Shown here: one piece after another, positions 33,960-45,231 of the stretch
How the letters are laid out: each line of letters opens with the position of its first letter
Position numbering within the stretch: position 1 is the stretch's first letter
Virus record (IMG/VR): IMGVR_UViG_3300047094_001965
From: an uncultured virus (IMG/VR IMGVR_UViG_3300047094_001965)
Lineage: Duplodnaviria > Heunggongvirae > Uroviricota > Caudoviricetes
Reading direction: 5' to 3' (one strand)
DNA length: 64,000 nt
The notes under the pieces: generated by a model
The model's input: the letters and a program-made list of their open reading frames with translations, nothing else
Told to the model about the DNA's origin: nothing
Database searches by the model: none
Translations under genes and position numbers: made by a program

Positions 33960-36765
33960 ATACAAATTTTATTTGAGTAATTGTTGTGATTCCTGTGAAA
34001 TATATAGTTCCACCAGATGGGAAATACTTGCTAACGTCTACAATATTCCAGTCCGAAGATGGAACCGGAGCCGTGGTCATTAATTCTTCGCCACCTGCGG
34101 TAGTGCCAATCTTAAACGCTGCAAGATTAACCGTAGGCAACACCAAAATTTTTGTAAGAATCCTATCAGAAGGAACAGACCTTGTTCCATCTGCGGACAA
34201 ACTGAATTCGTCACGATTTGAGCCGGCTGTACCAACTTCATACCAAAGAGCTTGTCTTGTCTCGCCTCCCCCAATGCCCGCCGCATCTGCAAATCCAGTT
34301 TTCTTAACGATATAAGTCCTTTCAATACCACTTGGCGCAACAGTTACATAAGCCATAGATCCGGCTGTAAGTATTGTAGCGTCTGCGATCCCTCCAATAT
34401 CATTCGTTCCGTACACAATCTTCTTGCGCTTTCCAAGTCCAAAATATGCTCCCTGAGAAGTCATACCGTAGTTTTGATCTAAAGTGATAGTGCGGGTGCC
34501 AGAATTGTATGAGATGACCTTAGCCAGCCTTTGATATTTTCCGGTAAGTGAGAAGTTGTGAAATATTGGAGTTTCAATTAACGTTCCAGCGATGGCTGAA
34601 CCATTCGGACCAATAGTGTCAAAGACGACATTGGTTATCTGGTTGCTTCCAATAGTTGTATCTCCAATAAAAGACCCCAGGTTGTATCTTGGATAATAGC
34701 AACCCAATGAGTAAGAGTTGCCGGAAACAATATCTGGGCCTGTGAAGAAAACAGTTATTTGATTAGTTAAAGTATCCACTCCTGTACAATAGCCTACAAT
34801 TAATCCGCCCTCAGTAACTACTAAACTGAAAGCAACAAACCTGTTAATGTAAGCCGATCCGACATTTATTACCGAGGTTCTGTTAGCATCACCTCCAATA
34901 TTTATGACGCAAAGATTTGGGTCATTAAACAACCTTGCCCAATAGATATCTCCAATTTTGTACCCACCCTCTATAACGTGCTGGATGCTTTCGTTTTGGC
35001 TCCATTCAGAGTTTAACAACCTGTATTTTTTATCGCCATAAACCATCCAGTTGTCCATGTCAGAGATCTGCATTACACATTCTTGGCTATCGCCAAGAAC
35101 CAGTTGATCAACTGTGCAATTTGTAAATACACTCAATCCTGTTTGCTCAGATATGGTAGTTCCAACAGGGCTATTCATCATCTCCGGATCGCATACAAAA
35201 GGAGCAACTGCAAAAGCGCAGTTGTCAAAGTAGCTTTTCCCCCTGATTGCAATAGGAGTTCCATAAGCGCTGCCGTAATACCTAAGAGCACAGTTCCTAT
35301 AAGTGGTGAAATCACCATCTATAACATACTGGTAGTATCCACCGGCATACTCAGGCACAGCAAAGTCCAAAACACTGTCAGATATATGGCACTTTAACTT
35401 TGTACCAAAATATCCTACCCGTCCTGTTCTTTCTGCAAAAATCTCTTTGGCATATGTTGGATAGTACCCGCCGCCGTTAAAATAGAAGATTTGTTGTACT
35501 GTTCCGGCAAGGTTTACTTTCTCAATATACCAGTTTCCTGGTATCTGGTTACCGTATAAGCCTGCAGCAAAAACAGTGTGAACCCTGTTCCAGCACATCA
35601 AATTGATTACCTGGTTGCACTTTTCCTGATCCTGCCCGTTAGAGACAGCGACCTTTACAGTATTAATCTGACAATCAATAACCTGAGTCATTTCCGCATT
35701 CTTGGTCACTCCATTAAACGAGTGCCCAACACCAACAACAAAGCCTGCAATGTAAAGCTCTTTAATAAGCGTGCCTGTAGATCCCGCCTGTGCGTCAACG
35801 CTTACATCTCCCCTATACCAAGACGTGTAACCCGGATATTCATTACCCGCCCAAATTTGCCCAGCGCTTGGCCTATTACCAAATGGATCAATTGCAACGC
35901 CGCAGTGTGGAGAGAACCTATTATCCCTTCTTGTTCCATCTGTATAGGCAGCCAATGAGCGACTGTAAAAATCAAAGTCACTTGAAAAGGTGGGGTTGAA
36001 TTCACCGGAAATTTCCAGATATTCTATTGTAGTTCTCTTGCCCTGTTGAATTCCAATGCAAAACAGGTTGTTGTTTGAGAAAAGAAGCCTTGTTCCTGCT
36101 GTTGCCTGCCCTGCATGAACCTTTTCGCCTTTTAGATTTATTGTAACCTGCAGATACCTGGTTCCGTTCCATTTGTAAATAATTAACGGAGCATAAAGGA
36201 TATAGTTGCCAGATGGTATGTAAACAGTTTTTATCTTATCCTGGTTGGCTGCAACCGTGTCAATCGTTTTTTGAATAAATGGTTGATCATCCACAGAGGC
36301 ATCCCCTTTAGCTCCAAACCACTTAACTGAGAAATTATTTGAACTATTAGCAACTGCTTGCGGGTTAACCGTAAGGGTTGTTGCAAATATGTGCTGGTTG
36401 GTTTCTGCATGAATAATGCCGCCGTTAATTGTTCCGGTTCCAACCAGCCTTCCATTAGCCCGGAATGTAATCTTTTTGTTTGCTGGAATTGTAAGCGTTC
36501 CGTTTACAGTAATACTCCCATTATCAAATACTACCTCGTTGACATCCGCATCAGCATATATCGCATTTAACCTTGAAGTCAAATCTGATCCGGGTATAAT
36601 ACCACCATATCTGGCCACATATGGAGCCTTGCGGTCCATAATTTCAAGTTTGACGCCTTCGCTATCTTGCACTACCCAGACATTATCTACAGTGGCACCA
36701 GATTCCCTTGTACGGTATATTCCGCCAGTATTCGTAAGCCTTTTTATCGTAATAGATGTAGCCAT
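33952..36765 (-). CDS. tail spike with pectate-lyase-like beta-helix (depolymerase)
   Basis: SVKWFGAKGDASVDDQPFIQKTID...VYIPSGNY. Confidence 0.85.
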   Translation of the reverse strand: MATSITIKRLTNTGGIYRTRESGATVDNVWVVQDSEGVKLEIMDRKAPYVARYGGIIPGSDLTSRLNAIYADADVNEVVFDNGSITVNGTLTIPANKKITFRANGRLVGTGTINGGIIHAETNQHIFATTLTVNPQAVANSSNNFSVKWFGAKGDASVDDQPFIQKTIDTVAANQDKIKTVYIPSGNYILYAPLIIYKWNGTRYLQVTINLKGEKVHAGQATAGTRLLFSNNNLFCIGIQQGKRTTIEYLEISGEFNPTFSSDFDFYSRSLAAYTDGTRRDNRFSPHCGVAIDPFGNRPSAGQIWAGNEYPGYTSWYRGDVSVDAQAGSTGTLIKELYIAGFVVGVGHSFNGVTKNAEMTQVIDCQINTVKVAVSNGQDQEKCNQVINLMCWNRVHTVFAAGLYGNQIPGNWYIEKVNLAGTVQQIFYFNGGGYYPTYAKEIFAERTGRVGYFGTKLKCHISDSVLDFAVPEYAGGYYQYVIDGDFTTYRNCALRYYGSAYGTPIAIRGKSYFDNCAFAVAPFVCDPEMMNSPVGTTISEQTGLSVFTNCTVDQLVLGDSQECVMQISDMDNWMVYGDKKYRLLNSEWSQNESIQHVIEGGYKIGDIYWARLFNDPNLCVINIGGDANRTSVINVGSAYINRFVAFSLVVTEGGLIVGYCTGVDTLTNQITVFFTGPDIVSGNSYSLGCYYPRYNLGSFIGDTTIGSNQITNVVFDTIGPNGSAIAGTLIETPIFHNFSLTGKYQRLAKVISYNSGTRTITLDQNYGMTSQGAYFGLGKRKKIVYGTNDIGGIADATILTAGSMAYVTVAPSGIERTYIVKKTGFADAAGIGGGETRQALWYEVGTAGSNRDEFSLSADGTRSVPSDRILTKILVLPTVNLAAFKIGTTAGGEELMTTAPVPSSDWNIVDVSKYFPSGGTIYFTGITTITQIKFVYE

Positions 36766-36776
36766 GTTATTTGTTG

Positions 36777-38951
36777 TTACAGAGTTCCTTCTTCCGAGCT
36801 GCCGCCGCCGCCACCGCCGCCACCAGGTGCAGGACCGTTAATAATAACCCCACCAGAATACTTCAAAACATGATCGTCTATTGGGGAGGTGATAACTACA
36901 CCAGGTATTGCATCGAGATTCGGCACTGGAATACCATTGACAACCGTATATGCTGATCCCAGCGTTGCCATAGGGTTTGGAGACGCGGCGAGATCCCGAA
37001 TGTTTCCAAGGCTTGCGTTGAATCCAAACTGAACTACGGCGCCATACTGTATGGCATTAGTCACAGTAAAATCCAGTGTATTGCTACCCGTTCCCGAAAC
37101 GCTTACAATAGGATTCGATGTTGGGCTGCTCACAGAACATCCGTTAGCATTGGTAATCTGCACTGGTTCTGAGAAGATTACCCTCACCACTGTTGGCGAT
37201 ATCAAGAAAGCATACACGATAAATGGAGCCGTAACATCTACGCCGCCGCCACCACCGGAAGATGAAATAACGATATCATCGCCTACGATAGAAATACCTA
37301 CGTTGGTGCCTGATTTCAGCTTGCGAAGCCTGTGTGTATTGGTACCGACATCAAAGTTTTTATACACCTCAGCGTCACCGCTTCCTATGTTGGTGAATCC
37401 AGGGCCAGAGATTTCAATGTCATCCGATAAGCCTGGCAGCTTTGTAACCTTAATACCTGTGGAAGTAGATCCCAGCAGTTTGTAAAACTGAAGGTTCAAT
37501 CCGGACTTACCTTTGTAAAACCCTACACCTGTGCCTACGTTTTCGCCGGCATTCACCTCTCCACTTCCACCACCGCCGGTAGCAGAAAATACTATCTCAT
37601 CGGCGTTCTGGGTTATGGTAATTCCAGAGCCCTGTACAAGACTTCTCATCCGCAGATTAACGCCAGACTTATCCTTGAATACTTGGGCACCAGTACCCAC
37701 GTTGGCACCTGAATTGGTTTCACCCGTAGCACTATTGGTAATAATCAACTCACCACCACCCCCTACAGACAGCGATATACCGGCGCCGCTATCAATCTTC
37801 CTGATCTGCAAAGCGGTACCATTCTTGCCTATATACAGGCCTTGGCCATTGGTGCCTACATTCTCGCCGGTATTAGCCTCGCCTGTATTGGCTGAGGTAA
37901 TCAATATCTCGTCCCCGTTCTGGGTAATAGTGATACCTGCACCTTGCTTCAGGCTTCTCATCCTGAAGTTCGCCCCTAACTTGCTGGCATACACTTGGCC
38001 TTCACCATTACCCAGATTGGACATGGTTTCAGTAGTTCCGGATCCTGAACATGGACTGGTCCAGTCATAGGCGGCCAACACGGCCTCAGTATTATCATGC
38101 GTAGGCAGTACGCCTCCGTTGAGAACTTTTACGAGTTCAGTAATGTATGCATCCAGCCCCAAAGTCTGGCCATAGCAGCCGCGCTTAAGGATATGAGAAA
38201 ACAGGCTTTCTGCATAGCTATAATTAGCCCTGTCGTTATCGCTGCAGCCGCAGCCCTCAGCGTCCAGGGTAGCTTTAAATTCGTTGAGATCGTTAAGCAA
38301 AGACAACAAAGAAGGAGGCGGCACGATCTGGTAATTTGCCTGAGCAGTAATCAGTTCGCGGACCGTTACCCAAGCATTGCTATTCACCGTCCAGTTGACA
38401 ATGTTCGACATCGAGACATTGTACATGGCATCGTAGTAGTTGCCACTGGATGACATATCAAATTGCAGCACGTTGCCGGCAGTGACCGTAGCCACACCTT
38501 CAATAACGGCCTGCCAAGACCTGGTTACATTTTGTAACGTCAGGCCTTCAATAGTGTATATCGTTCCGTCCTGAGCCCTGAGCTGAGGAAGGAACAGGTT
38601 GAGCAGCGGAGAAATGTATGCTGCGGGTTCGCTGTAGTTTAATTGGAAGGTCCGGTCCAGTATTGTTGCATCGTAACCTGCACTGTTGACCGTGTATTTT
38701 ACACGCCACTGGCCAGCTTGTATCTGGCTGCGCGTATCCAGACGCATCTCGATAAGGATAGGACTAAGAGCGCCAGAAGTCCCGATCATGGCACCTGTAG
38801 CCAAAACGCCATCGGGTTGAGTAATTTCGACCAAGCCGTTTATGGGCAGGCCATTGGGGTAAGATGAATTATCTACAAACCTGACTTTCGCAGGAGTTAT
38901 GCTGTTATCAAGAACTATGGAAAAATTCAGGAACGCAGATAAATTTGCCAT
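36777..38951 (-). CDS. virion structural/fibre protein with ~53-aa repeats
   Basis: repeats of GE.N.G.NVG.G..Y..K.G.NL..R.L..G.GI.I..; Ig-like C-terminal domain. Confidence 0.8.
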   Translation of the reverse strand: MANLSAFLNFSIVLDNSITPAKVRFVDNSSYPNGLPINGLVEITQPDGVLATGAMIGTSGALSPILIEMRLDTRSQIQAGQWRVKYTVNSAGYDATILDRTFQLNYSEPAAYISPLLNLFLPQLRAQDGTIYTIEGLTLQNVTRSWQAVIEGVATVTAGNVLQFDMSSSGNYYDAMYNVSMSNIVNWTVNSNAWVTVRELITAQANYQIVPPPSLLSLLNDLNEFKATLDAEGCGCSDNDRANYSYAESLFSHILKRGCYGQTLGLDAYITELVKVLNGGVLPTHDNTEAVLAAYDWTSPCSGSGTTETMSNLGNGEGQVYASKLGANFRMRSLKQGAGITITQNGDEILITSANTGEANTGENVGTNGQGLYIGKNGTALQIRKIDSGAGISLSVGGGGELIITNSATGETNSGANVGTGAQVFKDKSGVNLRMRSLVQGSGITITQNADEIVFSATGGGGSGEVNAGENVGTGVGFYKGKSGLNLQFYKLLGSTSTGIKVTKLPGLSDDIEISGPGFTNIGSGDAEVYKNFDVGTNTHRLRKLKSGTNVGISIVGDDIVISSSGGGGGVDVTAPFIVYAFLISPTVVRVIFSEPVQITNANGCSVSSPTSNPIVSVSGTGSNTLDFTVTNAIQYGAVVQFGFNASLGNIRDLAASPNPMATLGSAYTVVNGIPVPNLDAIPGVVITSPIDDHVLKYSGGVIINGPAPGGGGGGGGSSEEGTL

Positions 38952-38962
38952 CTAAGTTTTTT

Positions 38963-38990
38963 AAAAAAGCCCCCGCCCGAAGGCGGAGAC
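38963..38990 (-). terminator. intrinsic terminator (UUCG loop)
   Basis: GTCTCCGCC-ttcg-GGCGGGGGC-TTTTTT. Confidence 0.85.
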
Positions 38991-39012
38991 CTATGTACAA
39001 ACAACAACCGCC

Positions 39013-39921
39013 TTAGTCAGAACCGGCTTCGGGATCTACACTTCTACGCTTCAACTCTGCCGCTACCAGTTTTTCGATCTTCTTTGCAACCTCGGGGCCG
39101 GATGGATGGCTTTTCAACCAGTCTCCCATGGAGTCGATGTAGGTTTTACCTTCTTCGAGATCCAGTTTGGCAATGGTGTTGCCATCTCCCCACATATATT
39201 TCTTCTGCGATGGATCATACCCGATCACACCAAGATCAGTCGCCCTTTTAATGACAGACTTCATCCTGGTAGCGGGGTCGTCCAGCAGAGCTACAAAGGC
39301 TTCAGGATTAGCAACGGCCCTCTCCATGAGTTCACCACGCAGCGTTTCTGCTTCTTCCATGGTATCCATATTGAGCGCGGCCGCAATCTTCCTTACCTCA
39401 GCCGCAGTCATATTCGTAACAGAGCTGGTGGCCAGTCCAAGCGCTGTACCCTTCCTGAGCTTTTCCTTGGCTTCCGCTTTTGGATCAAGCCTTTTGAAAA
39501 GGGGTGTAATATTTGTGTCCCTGTTGGGATTGCTTTCATTGTAATTGCTCAGTTCAAAATAGGGATAGAACCTTTCCATCCGGGAATCACCTGCGGTAAC
39601 AGCAAAGATTCCGTGGTTTTGATCTGCAGCAAACCCGAACTTTTCATACCTGGTAACAGTCTTGTCATCGAATTCCATGGGAACACCGATCTCTACAAGC
39701 CTGCCTCCAACTTTGATCCTGTCACGGGGAGGAATAGTAACACGTGCGCCATAAAACACTTCTTTCTTTCGGTGCTGGTCGCCAATAGGTAAGGGATTAG
39801 CTACGCCTGTCACGAGTTGGTAAACGGCAATCTGGCCTTTTTCCAACACGTTAGGAAGCATTTCTTCGGGAACATCATTGATGGCTCCCACTTTTTGCAG
39901 TTGTTGTTTCTGTACTGACAT
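39013..39921 (-). CDS. conserved capsid-module protein (crAss-like gene downstream of MCP)
   Basis: position; FKRLDPKAEA...NPEAF...IKRATDLGVI pattern. Confidence 0.7.
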   Translation of the reverse strand: MSVQKQQLQKVGAINDVPEEMLPNVLEKGQIAVYQLVTGVANPLPIGDQHRKKEVFYGARVTIPPRDRIKVGGRLVEIGVPMEFDDKTVTRYEKFGFAADQNHGIFAVTAGDSRMERFYPYFELSNYNESNPNRDTNITPLFKRLDPKAEAKEKLRKGTALGLATSSVTNMTAAEVRKIAAALNMDTMEEAETLRGELMERAVANPEAFVALLDDPATRMKSVIKRATDLGVIGYDPSQKKYMWGDGNTIAKLDLEEGKTYIDSMGDWLKSHPSGPEVAKKIEKLVAAELKRRSVDPEAGSD

Positions 39922-39946
39922 CGTTATTGTTTGTAAATGAAGAAAG

Positions 39947-39974
39947 AAAGGGGTGGAGTTTCCACCACCCCTTT
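39947..39974 (-). terminator. terminator after the major capsid gene
   Basis: AAAGGGGTGG/CCACCCCTTT hairpin. Confidence 0.75.
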
Positions 39975-39980
39975 TATTAA

Positions 39981-41318
39981 TTAGGGAAGTACGATCTGAC
40001 GAGCGCAGTGTTGAACACCGAGCATTTCAAGACCTTGTACTGACATAAAGTACGTGTCCCAAATTGCTTGTGATCCAACAGGGCCAGTAGGTGCAAGTGC
40101 ACCATCGTGCCACTCTGCAATCATATCGGTACCAAGGTTGTTGGCAATCTGAGATTTCCAATACCTGGACTGGATACGAGGCTCCATGCCACCGCCGGCG
40201 TGCACCTTAATCTTTCCTTTAGGAACATAGTAGCACTTCTTAACGATATCTGTCTGTGTGAACAGATCAGGATGATCCATGATAGGCACATAGATTTTAT
40301 CGTAAGTGAAGTTTCCGTATGTAAAGGAAGTAGTGGTATAATCGATGCTACGACCGTCTACCCTCAACTGTGCAGACTGAGTCTGACCAGAAGAACCTAA
40401 AGCTTTGATCATATTATCAAACTTGGTTCCTACTGCGTTAGAACAGAACTGGAAGTGATCCTTAGGCGACTTAGCTGCAATAAGCTGGGCGTTCAGGTCC
40501 TCCATATCTGCCAGTGTAACGGTACCAGTAGCGGCTACAGTGTCTTTCACACCGTAAGTCTCAATGTACCAGTCAACACCACCAGTAGTTTGCAGGTTAC
40601 CACCGTTACCAGGATCGGTGAAAGCAGGAGCGTTATCTTCCCAAGACAGGTTAGACATTACGCCACCGATGAAGGCCGCGTTGATATCACCTTGTATTTT
40701 GATCGCCTTTTCAAAAAGATCCTTGTAAACAATGTAGTTCTTACCCTGGAACTTCACTTCAATCGCAGATGCATTTTGTACGTCTGTGACGGAGTTCCTT
40801 TCACGGAAAATCTGCAACTTGTTGATGTACTTTGTCAATGTTGTACGGCTGTTGGTAGGAGTAACAGAGTTCTCACCAAATGCGTTAGAGAACGGAGACA
40901 GCCTTTGCGCAGCAGTGTGCGTAAGGTTGGTGCCGTCAATAGAACGCACTGTGAAAGTATCACCACCTACTGCATCATAAGTAACCGCGGTAACAATACC
41001 TACTTTCCTGTTAGGGAAAATGATCAGCTGGTTTCTTTTGATATAGCCAGATGTGGCAGCCGTAGCTTTTGTGTTCACGGTTTGTGTACCGGAACCTGTT
41101 ACGGTTGCACCAGTCGTGTCAATGAGCAAATACAGGCCTTCGTTCACGTAGTTGTGATACGTGCCCATCTTTGATTCCTTAGCCCGTCCTGAGAGTGTAA
41201 GGATGTCTGTGAGTTCCTGATCCCTGTGGATATCAAGAACATTTTCGAGAATGTCGCGCTGATCAAGCAGGGCAATTGCGCTGACAACTGTTTTATTTAC
41301 TGTACCAATTCCAGGCAT
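39981..41318 (-). CDS. major capsid protein (HK97 fold, crAss-like)
   Basis: NAFGENS...INKLQIFRE...QTTGGVDWYI...GLEMLG; after the scaffold gene, followed by a terminator. Confidence 0.88.
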   Translation of the reverse strand: MPGIGTVNKTVVSAIALLDQRDILENVLDIHRDQELTDILTLSGRAKESKMGTYHNYVNEGLYLLIDTTGATVTGSGTQTVNTKATAATSGYIKRNQLIIFPNRKVGIVTAVTYDAVGGDTFTVRSIDGTNLTHTAAQRLSPFSNAFGENSVTPTNSRTTLTKYINKLQIFRERNSVTDVQNASAIEVKFQGKNYIVYKDLFEKAIKIQGDINAAFIGGVMSNLSWEDNAPAFTDPGNGGNLQTTGGVDWYIETYGVKDTVAATGTVTLADMEDLNAQLIAAKSPKDHFQFCSNAVGTKFDNMIKALGSSGQTQSAQLRVDGRSIDYTTTSFTYGNFTYDKIYVPIMDHPDLFTQTDIVKKCYYVPKGKIKVHAGGGMEPRIQSRYWKSQIANNLGTDMIAEWHDGALAPTGPVGSQAIWDTYFMSVQGLEMLGVQHCARQIVLP

Positions 41319-41347
41319 CTTAGTAAGATTAAATTTTTAATAATGGG

Positions 41348-42460
41348 TTATCTGCCTCCGGTAGCCCTCGCTCTATTGCGAAAAGCATCCCAAAGGGTTT
41401 TTTCCTCAGGCACCGGCGTACCATGTTCGCCAGTATTCTCAGGAAGGTTTTCGTCTGCAGCCACCACTTGTTTCTTACCTAAAGTCTTACCGTGAGCAAT
41501 GAGAGCGTTATCATACGCATCTGGGTCAGCGATAAATGCGGCAAACTTCATGGCTTTAGCCGGATCCTTTTTTCCCGTGGGTTTACCACTTGAATCCTTA
41601 ATCTGCAAGGCCATGTCGAGCGCATTGTCATCGAACAACAAGGGAAGGATTTTGTCCGGAACCACTTGAAGGTTCAGCGGGCTTTCCTTCGGACCGATTG
41701 CGATAGACTTGCTGTCAACAACTGCTTTGATAACGGGATCCGCCAAAACTTGCTGGCGTTCCGCCTCAATGTCCACCTGAGGTTCAGGTTGTCTCTCGGG
41801 TGCTGCGAACTTTGCTTGTTCTTGGACGAGTTCTTTTCTGACTTTCTCCATGTCGTGAGAAAACACCTCCATGGGGACTTTGCGCTGGTCCTCATCGAGA
41901 TTTTCAGAAATACCGTACTTCTGTTCCATGTCGCGCCGTGCTAAGAATTCCACAGCCTCATTTGAAAGTTCTGGATTGTCCCTGCGCACCTTATATTTCA
42001 TAAGGTCTACAGGGGCCATGTCTTTGAAATTGATGGCTTTGATGGCTACATAGTCATCGATGCTCCCTTTGGATTCATAGTAGTCCAGTACGCCAATGGC
42101 GTAATCATCCAAACCCAAGGCTTTTAAAAGATCTGTCCGGCCAAACTTCGATATCGCATCGTTGATTGATATCTCCGGGCTGGTCGGTGCCGGAGCAGGA
42201 GTTTCTACCTGGGAAGCGGCCTGAGTTTCCTGCGGTTTTTCCACGATAGGAGCTTCACTTTCTGAGCCCTTATTGACAACTGGTTCCTGCGTTTCGCTTT
42301 CACCCTGTTGACCTTCTTTGCCCTCCGGTAAATCTCCCCCGTCTATTTGATCACCGTAATCGTTTCCCTCCGATTGCGGTTCAACGACTTCTAAATCTGC
42401 TGCTTTCGCGCCGGCAAATGGATTACCACTTGCGGCTTGAAAAATTTGTTGTCCTTCCAT
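41348..42460 (-). CDS. putative scaffolding protein
   Basis: acidic disordered N-terminus and helical core, upstream of MCP. Confidence 0.7.
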   Translation of the reverse strand: MEGQQIFQAASGNPFAGAKAADLEVVEPQSEGNDYGDQIDGGDLPEGKEGQQGESETQEPVVNKGSESEAPIVEKPQETQAASQVETPAPAPTSPEISINDAISKFGRTDLLKALGLDDYAIGVLDYYESKGSIDDYVAIKAINFKDMAPVDLMKYKVRRDNPELSNEAVEFLARRDMEQKYGISENLDEDQRKVPMEVFSHDMEKVRKELVQEQAKFAAPERQPEPQVDIEAERQQVLADPVIKAVVDSKSIAIGPKESPLNLQVVPDKILPLLFDDNALDMALQIKDSSGKPTGKKDPAKAMKFAAFIADPDAYDNALIAHGKTLGKKQVVAADENLPENTGEHGTPVPEEKTLWDAFRNRARATGGR

Positions 42461-42483
42461 TGCGTTGTTGTTTGTTTACATAT

Positions 42484-42954
42484 TTATTCTACAGGCGGAA
42501 GTGCTTCCGTTCTCAGCCCTAAAGCAAACTGCACATCTCCTTCTTCGCTCTTTGGAACTTGAATGGTATCCCCCAGTTTTACACCTGACTCAACCATTCC
42601 TGGATTGAGGTCAAGAATTTCCTGAGTAATCACTACATCAATCAATTCTTCTTCTGGCGCTTGTTCCGACTGTACCGGACCATACTCGGCTTCAAAAGCG
42701 TCTTTCTTTACGCCCACAATGCCGGTGCTGGTCTTTACAAATACATCCCCTTCTTCCAGCAGGACTTCTTCAGTGTTCTGCTTGTAAAGCAGGTCAAACT
42801 TTTCAGGCTCATCGCCGTAGGCAGGCTGATGGCGAACCTTAGCACCCAAGAAAGTGGGTGACTTCTTTTCCCTGGCTAATTGCTTGATTTCTTCAGGCAA
42901 TTTGATCTCAGCTGCTTCTACGCTGACGGTTTTGCTGTATGACTTGAAGTCCAT
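42484..42954 (-). CDS. hypothetical protein with LysM-like C-terminal motif
   Basis: EGDVFVK...VKKDAFEAEY; ITQEILDLNP..GVKLGDTIQVP. Confidence 0.65.
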   Translation of the reverse strand: MDFKSYSKTVSVEAAEIKLPEEIKQLAREKKSPTFLGAKVRHQPAYGDEPEKFDLLYKQNTEEVLLEEGDVFVKTSTGIVGVKKDAFEAEYGPVQSEQAPEEELIDVVITQEILDLNPGMVESGVKLGDTIQVPKSEEGDVQFALGLRTEALPPVE

Positions 42955-43026
42955 AATTTCTGTTTTAGGTTACAATTTGTAACCGCAATATATAAGGCAA
43001 TTAATGGGAACAGTATATTTTTCCCA

Positions 43027-45231
43027 TTATGACCCCATTTTTTGCGGTTTTGCCTGTTCTACAAGAATTTGATCCTGTGCCTTAGCGTGGTTTTCGTTAA
43101 TACGAAGCATGGATTTATGCTGTTCAAGGGCAATATCCCTTTCCAACTGCTTGGCATTATTCTCATCTTCAACCTGGGCGGCAACGATGTTGGATTGTTG
43201 CTGACCCTGATGATTGGATGTGATCTTTTCCATTTCGCGCTTATGCATCGTTTCTTCCCGCTTCTTGATCCTATACGCCAGCACTTCTTCAGCCTGCTTC
43301 AAATTGTCAATCGACTTTACATAGATGATATCAGCAGCCGTGATGGTGCCTTTCTTTTCCTCCATGCCCAGCCTTTCGTACAGCGCTGCCTTTTCTTCTT
43401 GGGTAGGAATGTTGATGAGCATAACGGCATAGTCCCTGTCTGCCATAGACTCGGAAAGCCGGAAGTGTTCTATTGTACCCTTGCCGAGGCTCTTGATGTA
43501 TTTATCAATAGGCCCACCCAGTTTGATAGCCTGCTTTATCCTGATCAACAGAGATTCAGCCAGGGAGAAGTACAAATTCTTATCGGCAGCCATGATACCA
43601 TACAACGAGTTGTTGGTAGCCTCATAGGCCATCTGGGCTACGGGTACCAGTGTCTTAGGGTTAGGCGTGCTGCTATCGGTGAGTTCGTTAAATCCCGTAA
43701 TCTCCCGGATCACATTGACGTTCTGGATAAAGTCATTCCATGCATCGGACAATGCTTGGCCAAAACTATTCTCAATGAAGTTGATGCTTTTATAGTTGAC
43801 ATTCCTTTCGGAAATATCGCGGCGCCTGTTAAGCAGGATACCCGTCCGGAAGAAGTTATCAATGATCTCTGCCTTAGTCATAGCCCTGCCACCTTTACCC
43901 ATTGCCACATCTTCCAGTGCGTCAAGATCGATCTCAAAACCGTTAGGGATCATCTGGTTCCTGATGTTCTGTATCTTCATCCATGCAACCTGAATAGCGT
44001 CTGCAAGAGGGATAAGCGATTCCCCAAAACCATAGGTCAGCATCTCGTGAACGCGGACACCGTGCACATGGTAAGGAAGTAAGCAGTCCTGCAGGTTGTT
44101 GGGGCTGCGCTTCTGGCCAGTCAGAAGGCCGTATTCAAAACAAATATCGGTGCCTATCACCCATTTGCCCTGGTAAACATTACGGGCAGTACGGGATTTA
44201 ATATTCTTTCCTTTTGATCCGAACTTGGCCCCTACCATATACGGATTGCCAAATTTGTTATTCCCTTCCTCAAAATACTGTGTGTCGGTACTAAACCATG
44301 CCAGATCAAGAACCCTTACCCTTTGCTCGTCTCCATTCCTTGTATTAGGCCCGTCATATATTCGAGACTGGGGACCGCCCCAGAGCTTGCGGGAATTGTT
44401 TACAATCGTCTCCCTTTCCTCATCGCTAAACTTCTGGTTGTAGGCAACTTCCAGTTCTTCCAATGTCATTTCGTACACCTCACCAGCAAAGCGCATATCG
44501 CTCATATCGGATCTCCGGCAGAAGTTGGTAATGAACCGGCGAGGATCTACCCTACGGGCCTTAGGCATATTGTCCCTACCCAGATCATCTTTGTATATTC
44601 CCCAGCCGTGATAGACAATATCCCTCAGCACTTCAGGACGCACAGCCTCGGGCACCTTGTTAATCAGCATGGCATATTTAATCGCCATTTCCGCCTCTTT
44701 ACTGCGCTTGCGCTTGCCCCCATATTCGATCTCCATTTCCAGTTCCTCCATATCTTGGGGCTCACCAGGTTCCAGCATAAGTTCTGGGCTCTGCAGTAGT
44801 TCGGGATTGCTGGCCTCCATTTGTTGGCGGAGCATGATCTTTACCTTTTGTTCAGCAAAGAACTTATCCAGTTCATCTTTGGCCAAGGCATCGATAGGAT
44901 ATGCATGGATATTGTATTCCCTTTGTTCCAGTTTACCCAAAAGGATGTTGATACGGTTAGGAACAATCTTGATGATGGAGAAGTCCAAAGGAAACAGACT
45001 GGTATCGTCTGCCTCATCTACGCGAAGGGCTTTTTTATAGTCATCCGTGGGTTGCTTTCCCAGCATATACATAACGGTTCTGTCGTACCTGTCCGAAGCC
45101 TTATAAAATACTTCGGACGGCATATAGGTTTCCGAATCCTGCCATGCAGCCTTCAGGAATTGTAGGCACCATTCCCTTTCTTTTTTCCTTTTCGGATCCA
45201 CATTGTGGCTGGGAAAACTTGTTTTGCTCAT
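43027..45231 (-). CDS. portal protein
   Basis: 734 aa after TerL; RRVDPRRFI, FAGEV, IREITGFNE; crAss-like. Confidence 0.9.
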   Translation of the reverse strand: MSKTSFPSHNVDPKRKKEREWCLQFLKAAWQDSETYMPSEVFYKASDRYDRTVMYMLGKQPTDDYKKALRVDEADDTSLFPLDFSIIKIVPNRINILLGKLEQREYNIHAYPIDALAKDELDKFFAEQKVKIMLRQQMEASNPELLQSPELMLEPGEPQDMEELEMEIEYGGKRKRSKEAEMAIKYAMLINKVPEAVRPEVLRDIVYHGWGIYKDDLGRDNMPKARRVDPRRFITNFCRRSDMSDMRFAGEVYEMTLEELEVAYNQKFSDEERETIVNNSRKLWGGPQSRIYDGPNTRNGDEQRVRVLDLAWFSTDTQYFEEGNNKFGNPYMVGAKFGSKGKNIKSRTARNVYQGKWVIGTDICFEYGLLTGQKRSPNNLQDCLLPYHVHGVRVHEMLTYGFGESLIPLADAIQVAWMKIQNIRNQMIPNGFEIDLDALEDVAMGKGGRAMTKAEIIDNFFRTGILLNRRRDISERNVNYKSINFIENSFGQALSDAWNDFIQNVNVIREITGFNELTDSSTPNPKTLVPVAQMAYEATNNSLYGIMAADKNLYFSLAESLLIRIKQAIKLGGPIDKYIKSLGKGTIEHFRLSESMADRDYAVMLINIPTQEEKAALYERLGMEEKKGTITAADIIYVKSIDNLKQAEEVLAYRIKKREETMHKREMEKITSNHQGQQQSNIVAAQVEDENNAKQLERDIALEQHKSMLRINENHAKAQDQILVEQAKPQKMGS